Of a stretch of 62,000 nucleotides of DNA, positions 25,514 to 37,469 are shown piece after piece. A program made the position numbers and the translations under genes. How positions within the stretch are numbered: the stretch's first letter is position 1; every line of letters starts with the position of its first letter. The notes under the pieces are model-generated. The model saw only the letters and a program-made list of their open reading frames with translations, ran no database searches and was not told where the DNA came from. The DNA is from Vicugna vicugna (lineage: Eukaryota). Location: contig MU058241.1 of assembly GCA_013265495.1 (NCBI GenBank), positions 1,365,249 to 1,427,248 of the forward strand. The letters are read 5' to 3'.

Positions 25514-28500
25514 TGGTGCAACGCCACATCTCTGGTAGTAAAACTTCATCAATGTCTCTGTAAATGGCTGAGGGGAGCTTGGATGAGAACACAACCATGC
25601 ACCATCAAAGGTCCTTGTCATGCTTGTGTTAGGCAGAGACATTAATAGATAATACATTGCCAGGTGTATGTGCATGTGTCACATGCACACATATGCATGA
25701 GTGCAATAAAGAAATATGTTAACTTCCACGTCAACTTTCTCTAGACTCAGACTCTAAAGGGATCTCTTGACCTGGTGTGTTTTAATTTTGTCTTATTTTT
25801 AGCACCCAAATCAGTGTGTAGGCCGTGGCAGACTGAGCAACACGGTTAAGCCACTCACCACTGAAAATAATCTTTGTCTTCATTGATCACGATCTGTCAA
25901 ATCTTTTGAACACAGTGTTCCCCCAGGACATAATGTGCTAATCCACTGCTAGAACACAGAACCCTTTCCCACCTTGTTCCATTTCAAGCCAGGATGCCCA
26001 ACTGAATGGCACTCTGTTCTGAACAAATATACGTCAATTCCAGGCGCGATGCACAGAGGATGGCCCCAAAGATGGCAAAACACAGCTGAAGAGGTTAACA
26101 GCCGATAAACACTTGTAAAACCTTTTAAAATATAACACAGCGGCAAAACACTCTTGGCTGGAAACGTGGAGAAATCCCCTTAACTTTCTCCATCACTGCT
26201 AAACGTTACCAGCTGATTTTTCCCCTTCAACATAACACAAACAAGTAGGATAACCGACACACTGTTTGAGCCTGATATTAAATAAACCTTTGTGGCTTTG
26301 ATTATGATACCAAAATCCTGATCACGTAATTTTTCAAAATGAACAAAAAATTCATAGCCAACAAGTTCTGGACAAAACCTGAAAATGAAAAATCATGACC
26401 ATATGAGGAATTTTCAGGCACACAGGGCAGTATTTGTGACAAAATATTCAGAGGGAAAACAGGAGCCTATGTATGCATGCATTATGTTTATAGCATTTTA
26501 TTAAAATAAGGCAATGAGTGGAGAGATGATTGAAAGACAGGGATAAATACATACCCAGATACATAAACATAGTAAAAAATGGAAAAAAAGGAAAAGATAC
26601 AGGAGAGGTACCAAAATCACACCTATTTAGTGCTGTATGGAGGAATTTTCCTGTAGAATCATTTTACTAAGAGTTCATGGAGCCTGTGAGCCTCAACACA
26701 TTTTTGACCCCCTGAGTTACAACTTATGACTTTTCTCCAGGTATGAAGTTTGGGTGACGGTACATGCCCATCTGTGCATCTGTGGCTGCCTGCTCAAAAT
26801 TTCCTCCTGAAACTGGTTCAGAGCAATCGCATTAAGGGACTATAAAGGTCAAACATTTAACAGCTTTAATACCTACTTCCACAGTCTAAGGCTGTTTAAA
26901 TATCCAAGGCTACCTTAATCACAACGATGCTGAATTAATACAATTTAGTGGTTACGCCACACATGGGAGTGACTAGAGAATGCTGCCTGTAAATACATGC
27001 CATACACACACACACACACACAGACATACACAGACACGTGTGTGCATACACACACATTTGTGTGAATGTACACAGATGTGGTTGGAAGATAAACATTACC
27101 AAATGAGATGGAAAAACAATTCCAAAGGAGAGGCTAGAGGGGAGAGGCAGACCTCTGTGTGCACCCTGCTCACTGGGCAACATCGAGCGTCTTGGCGGAC
27201 ATTCCCACCCAAGCTCAGCTAGGTCCACACAGACATCCACCTCTCACCAGTGAGATTTTGAAAAAACGACTCCGAGTCGCTTTGCCTCAGCTTCTCGGCC
27301 TGTAGAATGGGATCAGTAACTGCAAGGCCTGATCTGTGTTATTGTAGGGACACCTAAGCCAGCACCAAGGCCGCCGCGGAAGACATCATCAGTGGCTTTC
27401 ATCTAGCTGGCTGTGACTCAGCCCCCGTACACGGCCTTCCAGACGGCCACTGCCCACGTTCGGGAGTGGCTCCTGAAGGGACATTTAGTTTCTACCCGGG
27501 GGTCAGAGCGGGGGAGCACATCCGGCCAGCCCCGTCCTGTGTCCCCTGAACACAGCCAGCCCTCCATTCACTTCTGTACTGTTTGCTTTCACCCACAGAA
27601 ACACGGCATGAGGCTTCTCGGCCAGCAAACCCTCAAAAAATTTACAATCAGATCCTTACAGAAGGAGCTTCCTGAACCTTGGACTTGAATCTTGATGAGG
27701 CCTGGAGGCAGCATTTTTCTCCTACGTTCAGCGTTTTACTCACGTATATTGCTAAGAGGACAGTGGTTTATGTGGGACAGCAGACACGATGTCTCTATCC
27801 ATCGGAAGTGCTGTGTGACGAGGCAACTGCTTCCCTGTACATGATGATTTATGAACCACGGGTGGCAACAACCACAAAGAAAAGTAATTACGAGGGACAG
27901 GAGGAGGACACGGAACCAGTGGAATCCTCGCTGCACCATACATTCCCCAGCTGAGTCAATGATGCCATTTTTAATAGGAAGAGAGACCCAAACGGGAAGA
28001 CGTGCATTTCCCCTAGAATCACCGCCTGTTTCATTGGCTCCATAGTTGTAAGTCTCCATGATTTCATCTCATGTCACCGTGAACTTTCGTAACTACCATA
28101 GGAGAATTCCCAGGGACCGGGGTTTCTGCTCGGACAATGTCTCTGTCATAAAATTGCTTCTTCCAGCACGACTCAGCCACGGCTTTAGGGATAACTCAAA
28201 TGCAGGGGGGGAGACGGCTGGACACGGACTGACAAAGAGTGGATTAGGATGCGAGCCGGGGCAGGTGAAAGGCATCTTTGTTTCGCCTGACCCTGAAGAA
28301 CAGCACTGTGGGTTGTAAACCACTTCTGCAGGTGCGATCATTTTTCTTCCCCAGGTGGAGACCTGTGTCCGTACTTTGCTCACTGTGTGGCTGATGATCC
28401 TGAGCCCAGAGGCCTGCTTTTACGGGGGAAGGTTCCCCACACTGCCTCCAGGTTCAAATGTGCACCACTGTCATTCTGTGTCTGCAGCTCCCTTTCTAAG

Positions 28501-29419
28501 GGGAACTTGTGTCTTGCTAATGACCCTGGGCTTGGCAAGTCTTCAAGACCTATACAAGCCACTCAAAAGCACATGCAGAAGGATGACGCACAATTGATGA
28601 ATTCCTCATGGAAATGGACTAGCAGGCTCTGAATGGTAGGAAATAAAACAATTTTCAAAGCAGGCTGGGATCAGTCAGGACATAAAGATGCTGCAAGTTG
28701 TGGAGTTCAAAGCTCATGGTTGGAGTTTGAAAAGGTTCCCCTGTTGAATGCTACCTCTCCTCACCCTCCAATCCCCAGGCCAAGTGGTTTATTTGCTCTT
28801 TTGTTTGGGCTTCGATGACTTATGTGTCTGCGAAGTCTCTCTTTGCAAGACGTAATAACTCCTGCCATGAGAACAGACTAGGTTTAATGACAATAACTTG
28901 ATATTACAGGTGGTTCCATCCATTTGTAGGAAACCGCTCCGGGGTGATAAAAGGTCTGCAAACCCCAGACCTGATAGAGGGAGGAAGAGACACTCTAGGG
29001 AAACCGTGATGATGAAAACAGCCAACCTAGTGGTAAATTGGGACAAAGAAAAGACTCCCTGGGGGGACAAAGTTCCTGCCTGAGGGGGATAAAACCCGCT
29101 CCAGGCAGCCAAGTATCAGCCATCATCTGATGGCCACTCTTCTATCCTTTTGCACAACAGGGTTAGAGTCTTTCTTTTCAACGTTATTTTTCCTAGAGGA
29201 CAATAAAAGATTCTACCATCATTAAAATCAAACCTGGGGTTTGTATGGGAACTCTGTGTACTTTCTGCTCAATTTTTCCTAGAAAATAAAGTCTATATAA
29301 AAACAAACCTCAAAATTAAAAGCAGACAGAAAGTTGAAGAAGCCGTGATGGAAACACCAGGGTGGTTTTGTTGGTGAAACTGGCCGGTTCTTAGCATAAG
29401 CTCAGGCTCCTTTTTCATA

Positions 29420-30114
29420 GGTGTGCGCTGAAAATCTGGACAGATTCCAGGAGGAAAAAAGATGACGTCCACATAACACGCTTTTGTCACTCTTCTGTGT
29501 ATTTTAACGACAGAGAGATGCCACTCCTGGTGAGAAAGGAGATCTTGCCAAGTGCAAGGGAAGGTGAGCAGGATTCCCATCCATGGAGGAGACTGGAAAC
29601 GTCTGAGATTGGAAAGCCCCTCATACCATCAGGATGCAAGGGCTGGGTCCAGTCTCATCTTAGTCACACGTGGACAAAGGATGTCACCTGCCATTTCACT
29701 ACACAAAGGATGCTGTGGCCATCCGGCCATCAGCCCCTGCACCAAGGGATTCAGGATGGAGAAAAACAGGACACTGGCCCCAGAGAGCTACGGTGCACAT
29801 CAAAGGAACCGTGTCAGTGACCCCAGACTCTTGCATCTTCCCACACGTAGAAAAGCACTACAATCATTAACTTGAGATGTCTGCTGTTTTTTACAATTAG
29901 CAGTAATCTCTTGATGCTCACCTGTATGTTTTTTGTTTTTCTTTTCGTTTCCTGGCAGAAATTCCCATATATCCTAGCTCCTCCCTGACGTCTCTGCAAC
30001 AGTTCCTCAGAGCTACCCGAGAGGCTGCCTCTCCAGCTACAACCCTCAGTAAGGCCACCAAATGAGGCATAACTCTCTACTTTCAGGTTGCAAGCTTTTC
30101 TTTCTCAATTGACA
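29420..30114 (+). mobile_element. MER41-like ERV1 solo LTR (5' end approximate)
   Basis: cagttcctcagagct..gaggctgcctc..cctcagtaagg..aactctctactttcaggttg..ttgACA U5 pattern. Confidence 0.65.
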
Positions 30115-30544
30115 CAAATCATGCACCTCTCCTTTCTAGATGTTCTATTTGTTCCCAAAAACAAACGGCAACAGCAGATGAGTATATTCCTTAGATTTTG
30201 CTGGTGGTGGAGAAATAAAGAACAAGGAACTGAGGAACTGAATTCCACGGGGGAGTTTCTCAGGGTCTGGCTCGGGCTGTGTACTGCACGGAGAATGGCA
30301 CCTGAGCACATCACACACATTCCCCCGGTGAGCACAGAACTCCTATGTGCAGCTGACACTCAGGTCATCGGCTCTGAATGTGTACTCTGGGCTTTGGCAG
30401 TAGCAAGCAGGCAGGGTAGGGGTTCCCCGGAGAAAGAGAACCAGGGAACCAGGCATAGCTTTCCTGACCTAAGAGAAGCCACGTTGGGCCTCAGCCAGTT
30501 TGTGATCAAAGCTTGGCCACAAGGCTTGCCCTTGAACAGGTCTC

Positions 30545-31078
30545 AGTAACTCGGGGTCTTAAGGGAAGTGGGGGAATGCCAGAACAAAGGGAAAGCAGGC
30601 AGACAAGAGTTCAGCTCCACAACCAAGCGCTGGTTCCCCCTCAAGGGATCTACACAACAGCCGGACACAGATCCCTGAGCTCTGCAGGCACCAGGGCCCC
30701 CGCCCAGGCGGAGGATGGTGACTTCACACTGAGACCCAGACTGGTCAGAACCAGAGGGACAATGACGTTAACCTTTTCTGACCTTCGTGGTTTCAATTAA
30801 CTAAAGCTTAGACGCTACACACTTTTATGCCAAATTCTTCTCTGCTCAAGCCCCTGCATGAGCATGCATTCAATGCCCAGGTCCCTTCCTGGACATACAT
30901 GGACCCTTCCCTTAAAACTTCCCCAATTTTGCTGTTCTGGGGGACACTGCTTTGGGAAAGATCCCCAGTGTTGTCCTTACTTGCTGGAAGAAATAAACCT
31001 TCCTTCTCCCACTCTTTGGCTTGGTTGTGTGTTCTGGCCGGACTCCCACCAAGAGGTGAACCCAGTTTTCAGGTAACA
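30545..31078 (+). mobile_element. ERV1 solo LTR
   Basis: cccttaaaacttcc TATA-like region, AATAAA near 30992, and end gaacccagttttcaggtaACA. Confidence 0.75.
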
Positions 31079-32404
31079 GTAGGGAGAAACCATGTCCTTT
31101 GGCTTGTTTGGATTCTGGGGCACTTGGGTTAAAGAAGTGGGTTACTGTCTGTTCCTTCTGGACCAGAATAGCTCCCACTGTTTTGTTTAAAGTCCAAATC
31201 TAAAAAATGTAGCTGATTACAAAACATCTCTACAAGTCGTTGCACGTATTCCCCTCTCACACGCTCCCGCTGCCCCCAAAGACACAGGCCGCAGCATCTC
31301 GCCGAGAGCGGGATTCCTGCTTCCACGCTGAACGTGGTAGGAAAGCGCGGGGTCTCTGGCGAGCAGCCTTAGTTCCCCGCCATCAACGGGGCTCATCAAA
31401 TCACTGAAGGATGATTCTCCTCAAATTAATTGATTGTGGCAGTTACAACCCAAGATGTATTTCATTTTAATATTCTAAAATAAAAGAAGATCCACTTCCA
31501 CCTCAACTTCCCAATGTGTCTGTGTGAACTGCACCTTTCCGTTTGAAAATGCACCGAACATAAGGACGACCGCCCCAAGCAAAGCCTGCGTCACGCATCG
31601 CTGAGCAGTTTAAGTCCACGAAGCCCGGGCTTCCTCACTGAGATGAGGAGCTGAAGGCTTCTGTTTGCGCTCTCGTGAGACACTTTTCCATGCATTAGTG
31701 CTTATTATCTCACTAATGAGGGGTCGTGTCGGGTCTAAATTCCACGCAGCACTGTCTTTCATAAAACCACCAGAGCGGCAGTTAGAGCTCTGCTGTTCAC
31801 AGTCTCACCGACGCTGTGTTCTAGACGTTTCTTTCTTTAACGACAAAGGCATTCACCTCGTATCCAGTGAGAGATCATGAAAATAAAATCAGCAGTTAGG
31901 ACCATGAGGAGCGGACTCACAGGCTCTTCGGTTCGACTGTGGCTTTGCCACGTGACGACCGTGGGCTTGAGAAACGCACTTCATCTCTCTGGGTCGTAAG
32001 TCTTCTGTACTCTGAGGGATCACAGTGCAGGACTGACCAGAACAGGGCTACTCTCACAGCAAGTGCTATATCGCGCCTGCCAAGAGGGCGCGAGGACAAT
32101 GCTGTCATCGACTTCAACTTCAAAACTGAGCGAGACACAGAAACCAACCTGAGTTAACTGTCCCTGGTCCTGCCAAGAATGGCTTTCTTCCTGCTTGTGA
32201 GGACTCTGCTGCACAGAGTTACTTGACAAAGATAGTTTTAGCAAAGTTGGTATCTTTTGAACAAAGGGAAACACTTCCAAGAGGGGCATGGTTTAGAGAG
32301 TGGGTCATGTCTCCACTCGGGGAGCAGAGAAGAATGGAATCTACAATGAAGATGTTTTGTGTTCACCACAGTAAAACTGAATTTACTTTCACGCTACGTC
32401 ATCA

Positions 32405-33050
32405 ATAGCACAACCATATGATCCAGCAGTTCCACTCCTGGGTATATATCTAGGAAAACAGAAACACAATGATTTGAAAAGATACCTGCACCCCTGATGT
32501 TCATAGTGGCACCATTTATAATAAATAAGATACAGAAGCAACACAAGTATCCATCAACAGACAAATGGATAAAGAAGATACGGTGCATATATACACACAC
32601 GATGGAGTATCAGTCAGCCATAAAAAAGAGTGAAATGCTGAAATATGCACCAACATGGACGGATCTAGAGAATATTATGCTTAGTGAAATAAGTCAGAGA
32701 AAGACTGTATGTTACCACTTTTATATGTAGATATATGGAATCTAAAAAATAAACAAACGTATACAGCAAAACAGAAACAGACACACAGATATAGAGAACA
32801 AACTAGTATTTACCAGTGGGGAGAGGGAAGGGAGGACATGGCAAAATAGGGGTAGAGGATTAAGAACCACAAACTACTACGTATAAATTAGACAAGCAAC
32901 AAAGGTATATTGCACAGCACAGGGAATTAGAGCCATTATTTTGGAATAAATTGTAATGGCCCGTAATCTATAAGAATACTGAAACATCACGCTGTACACC
33001 TGAAACTAGTATAATATTATAAATCATCTATACTTCAATTAAAAAAAAAA
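32405..33050 (+). mobile_element. L1 3' fragment
   Basis: ccatatgatccagcagttccactcctgggtatatatc..caacatggacggatctagagaatattatgcttagtgaaataagtcag, then a poly-A tail. Confidence 0.9.
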
Positions 33051-33647
33051 ACACCACCAAGAATCTAAACTCCAGCAGAGGTCAAGCTTCTCCTCGGTGG
33101 GCAAGGGCTGTACCCTCTTCCTGTCGGGAGATTTCTGCTAAGCAAAGACACAAAGGCCTGGAGAGGAAGGGACTGGCCACGGCTGGACAGACACCGCTGG
33201 GGAAGGGAAGTCCAGCTAAGGCTTCAACACCCCCCGGGCTGGCTGACGATCGGAATGTGCCCGCCTCAGCCTGGAAGACGGTACCTGGCTCAGAAAGCAG
33301 AGCAAGACGTCTTGCCACGCTTAGCACCCAAAGTCCCACCACAGGGAGAGGTTCACAAAAACACTCAGCAGGCCACGTCTCCTACAGCGAAAGTCTACCC
33401 AAAAGCGGCCACCCAGCCCCACCCCAGCACAGCAAATCCTCAGACATGAAGCGAGCATCCCAGAGCTCCATCTGCCCTTCCTAGGGAAAAAGTGTTCAAC
33501 CCCAGTCACGAATAGTCACTCTGAAAACGTAACTTCTGACCCTTTAAACTGAGTCCCCAAAGCGTAATTTCAACTGCTCTTCCTGCCCCAGGTGTCTTTC
33601 AGAGCAGTCTTCCTCACATTACAGGTAAAGTTCTGTCCGGAGCGGGG

Positions 33648-33717
33648 NNNNNNNNNNNNNNNNNNNNNNNNNNNNNNNNNNNNNNNNNNNNNNNNNNNNN
33701 NNNNNNNNNNNNNNNNN
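33648..33717. other. Assembly gap (70 N) flanked by G runs
   Basis: N run between gcgggg and ggggggggagggg. Confidence 0.99.
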
Positions 33718-34144
33718 GGGGGGGGAGGGGAGGGGGAGAATAATATTTCATAAAGATATATTTTGTGGCTTCATCAATTTTCTCCTTTCAAATTTTAGAA
33801 TGTGTTATGATACATGGTCGCTTATTAAATAAATATTGGAGGAAAGAAGGAAGGAAAAGGTGTGGGAGAGAGACAACACAATTTCCAGTTACCACATGGG
33901 AACAGAAAAGTTAACACCCTTCTCTATGAACCAGACAAGGACTTCACAAGCAAGACCTTAATCAACAGATATGTTTAGACAATAATCACAGAGAAGTCAA
34001 GGTCATGTGCTTGCAAGAATATTTTGCTAAACAATGTTTTAAAATTTACGATTGTATTTCATTAATTATCCTGAAGTGCATTTGAAACTGGAATCTTTCA
34101 TCAACATTCTTTTATCCACAACTTAAAAAAATTAAATTTGACCT

Positions 34145-34280
34145 GATTTTTTTTCAATATTGAAATCTAACTGACACGTGAGATTACATGCACTTCAGGT
34201 GCACAACAGAATGATGTGATGTGTGTATATATGATAAAAGGATCGCCACAGTAAGTATAGGTAACCTCCATCACCACAAA
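34145..34280 (-). mobile_element. Short L1 3' end fragment
   Basis: ttttcaatattgaaatctaactgaca..ttcaggtgcacaac..gatcgccacagtaagtataggtaacctccatcacc. Confidence 0.7.
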
Positions 34281-37249
34281 TTTCACTCGATTTCTCTAAA
34301 TTTAAGAATCTGCTTCCCTGCCAAGATTTTCCGAAGAAAAACCCTGTCATTTTCTCCCATGATTAACAGGAACACGGCTTCAACCCAGTGTGTTAACTTG
34401 TGAACTTCTGGACAACTGCGTGAACAGTTGCTTCACCTTTTAATTAAACTAGGCGCTTCAGAAGCTCTGGATGCTTGGGGAATGACCCTTTAATCCTCCG
34501 CCCCGTCTCCTCTCCTATGGGGAGATGATAAAGGGCACTGCTCAACTTCTGCCAGCAGGATTTCTTAGATCTCCTAATCACCCTATGGGCTGGAATACGC
34601 TTCCTTCTATTATCTATCAGATGCTGAAAGCTTAACTGATGTCTGGCTTTTTGCAAGGATTTTCTGCTTTCTTTGATTATGCAAAATTTTGCTGTATATG
34701 GGATCTCAGCCTAGTCTTCCCCCCACCCCACCCCCCGGTTGTTGAAGAAAAGCTATTTCAGCTGACTTCAGAGTAACAGGTGCTCCAATCGTAAGTGGCA
34801 ATTCTCCCTAAGACTTTGTAGAAAAGATAAGACTGGAAGATTTTTATAAAGACAGATGTGTAGATACATGGGTAACATGAACTGTAATATACATTATCTA
34901 CTGATATACATTACTCATCATATACACTATTATATATCATATTTGCAGTCTACATAATCTATAAAGACACAATTAGTTGTGATACATATTATACCAACAT
35001 TCATTAGTTATTATGTATATTATTATATATACTGTATACACATGACATTATATATATATATATAAATTTTAACTACAAGGCAACCTTTAAGTGAAGCAAG
35101 TACTGACATTTACATTCAAGAATGATTTATTTCCTAAGGATTGGGTAAGCCATGGGGAGTCTAAAAGTTGTTTTTAAGACATGGACCTCGGGGGCAGAAA
35201 ATGCCAACAAGACACCGTAAGAAATGTGCACGGTGTCACTGGATTCTCTAAACATCTATTTTTTTAATAGCTATATGCTTCCAAAGCCCATAGTTAATGT
35301 ATTTCTGTAACTATGTGGATGTGGGTGAAGGGGAGTGTGGCTGTGTTTACACACATAGATATGTATATCATTAAAAATAACATTAGTTTAGGTGTAAAAA
35401 ATTATTTGAAAGATGACATTTTGACTGTAAGTAGAGAATACCACAGGAAGGATTTTAGAAAGGATGAAGTCAGCCAGCGTTCTCTTCCTAATATTTCAAA
35501 TTCATGTACAAAAGTATGTATCTCACGTAATTTCATCAGAAAGCTCCTGGGAATAGACTTCTGTATATGGCCGAGTATATTAACAAACGCTGTATGTTGA
35601 CTTTTCCCCCTAATTAGACCCAAGATAAAAATCAAAACGATTAACTTACTTTTGGTCCTTGGCCAAGACAAGAAGATAGAAGTGGCACCGAATCTTAGGA
35701 AATAAAATTAAGAGAACAATGAGGTGATTGCTGAGCAGCTTAATTCAACACCTCGTTATGAAACAGAGTCTCACATTTGGAGAACAGGTTGGAAAAGAAA
35801 TCCAGTGTGAGGCTCCAGACCAGCGAAGGTGAGATTAATGCAGAGCAGCATCAGTGGTTGGCCAACTCAGTGAATGACTTTGTAAAAAATGTTCTTAGAC
35901 TAAAACATAAAATATTCTGTATGGGGGGAAAAAAAAAACCCTGCGGTTCTTAACTGCATTTTTATTTTAAAGATATCAAAGAAGTTTCTATTTGATTCTG
36001 TAATCAAAGCAAAATAATTAATATGAGCAGAGACCAGAGAACAGATCAATGGAGAGAAACTGACGGGTAATCCAAAGCAATCTCCTTTAGAAGCTAAGTA
36101 CTCACTTAGAGCTGGCTTTCAAGACTACTGTTTTGACTGAATTTGAGAAATAACCCGTTAAGTCGGGTGTGGACCCTGGGTGACAACTGAAGGGAAATTT
36201 ACTTAGCTTCAACAAAAATCATAATACTGTTAGGTTCTCAAAGGAATTATTTGAAAGGAAGCTAAAGTCGAAATGAAGATGAAAAAAAGTCCAAGAAGGA
36301 AGTCTTCAGTGTTTTTAACTCATTCCTGTATCCCTCACACCTAGCACGGTGTCTGACACACACAACATGAATGGACAAATTCAAAATGACCCACAGACAT
36401 TTCCACAGCTAGGTAATACTACAATGACGTCACAGAAAGCATAATGATGAAATCAAACCCTCTCCATCTCCCAAGACTTATGCGATGAGACTTTATAAAG
36501 TCAAGGTATATGGATTTTCTGAGTGAACAGGCTAGTCCTCCTGTCTACATAATTGCTAATTAAAAAAAAATTGATTTGACGGGGGACAGAGGTAGGCCAG
36601 GTGGAAACGATCGACCGCCTTTTACATTTCAGTCAAAGAAGAAAGAGAAACGTCTTAAATCAGGAGGGAACACTCTCTTCCTTCACAAAAATCTGTGAAG
36701 CTGACCGCCCTCCACTGTCATAAAGTCCTTGGTGCAGAGACGCTGGTCCCTGTTGCCAATGGATGCTGTTTCCTGGGGGGCCTGGAACGCAACCTCCCAT
36801 GCAGTTGAGGCAACCACCTCCCTGAGCTGAACTCTGCTTTCGGACATGTCTGACAAAATCCAAGCCCAGCTGCTGGAACAGCAGCTTTACTTTTCTGGGT
36901 CCCAGCGGGCAGGCAGTCATACCGCTGGGATTGTCCACCTTTGCCGGCCACCAGTGAGGAGGAGCGACAGAGGACTAGGTTTGGGAACACGGGCAACCCT
37001 GTTAGACATTTCTCATCACGTGGCCTCCTGCAAGACTCGTAAACCTTGGCACTGCCTACTGTCACCCTGGCCCTGTCCAGGCAGCTTCTGTAAGGCAGCA
37101 ATTATGGTAATAAGCCTCGAATGTATTTCCAGTAGCATCGAGGACCAAATGCTTCTGAAAGAAAGCACGCAGCGTAGTGAGATGGGACTTACCACCACGG
37201 CAGCTGAGAATACTCATATCCTGTGGGGCTGCTCCCGTGGGATGCAGAA

Positions 37250-37465
37250 ACGGTACTTGCACTCTCCTGCGGGGACTTCTGCTGGTCTCACGCTTCCTCT
37301 TCAGACAAGTCCCGTCTACCTGAGCAGCCGGTGGGTTTTCCAGCCTCGCCACGACCAGTTCTGTAAGACACCAAGTCTCACTCAGTTTCCGTGTGCTTCA
37401 TCTGCCCCGTGAAGCATCCGTCCACACGGTCGGCCTCAGGCGCTGCCCTCCAGGGAACCCAGGCC
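37250..37465 (+). mobile_element. LTR33/ERV3-16A3-like 5' LTR remnant of an ERVL provirus
   Basis: Ends ctcaggcgctgccctccagggaacccaggc, resembling the LTR33-type U5 end, and is directly followed by ERVL-like internal sequence. Confidence 0.45.
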
Positions 37466-37469
37466 CTTT

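Noticed and set aside
25669..25689. 10-bp-arm inverted repeat TGTGCATGTG-t-CACATGCACA
   Set aside because: It arises trivially from low-complexity alternating purine-pyrimidine sequence.
32075..32094. CTCF-like motif CCAAGAGGGCGC
   Set aside because: Only the 3' half matches the consensus, which is not supportable without a PWM scan or ChIP data.
36846..37412. Longest ORF (188 aa), and other ORFs over 150 aa (20403, 30088, 44716, 47665, 60503)
   Set aside because: They show no recognisable domain, several lie inside LTRs or low-complexity DNA, some start at non-ATG codons, and their lengths are compatible with chance.
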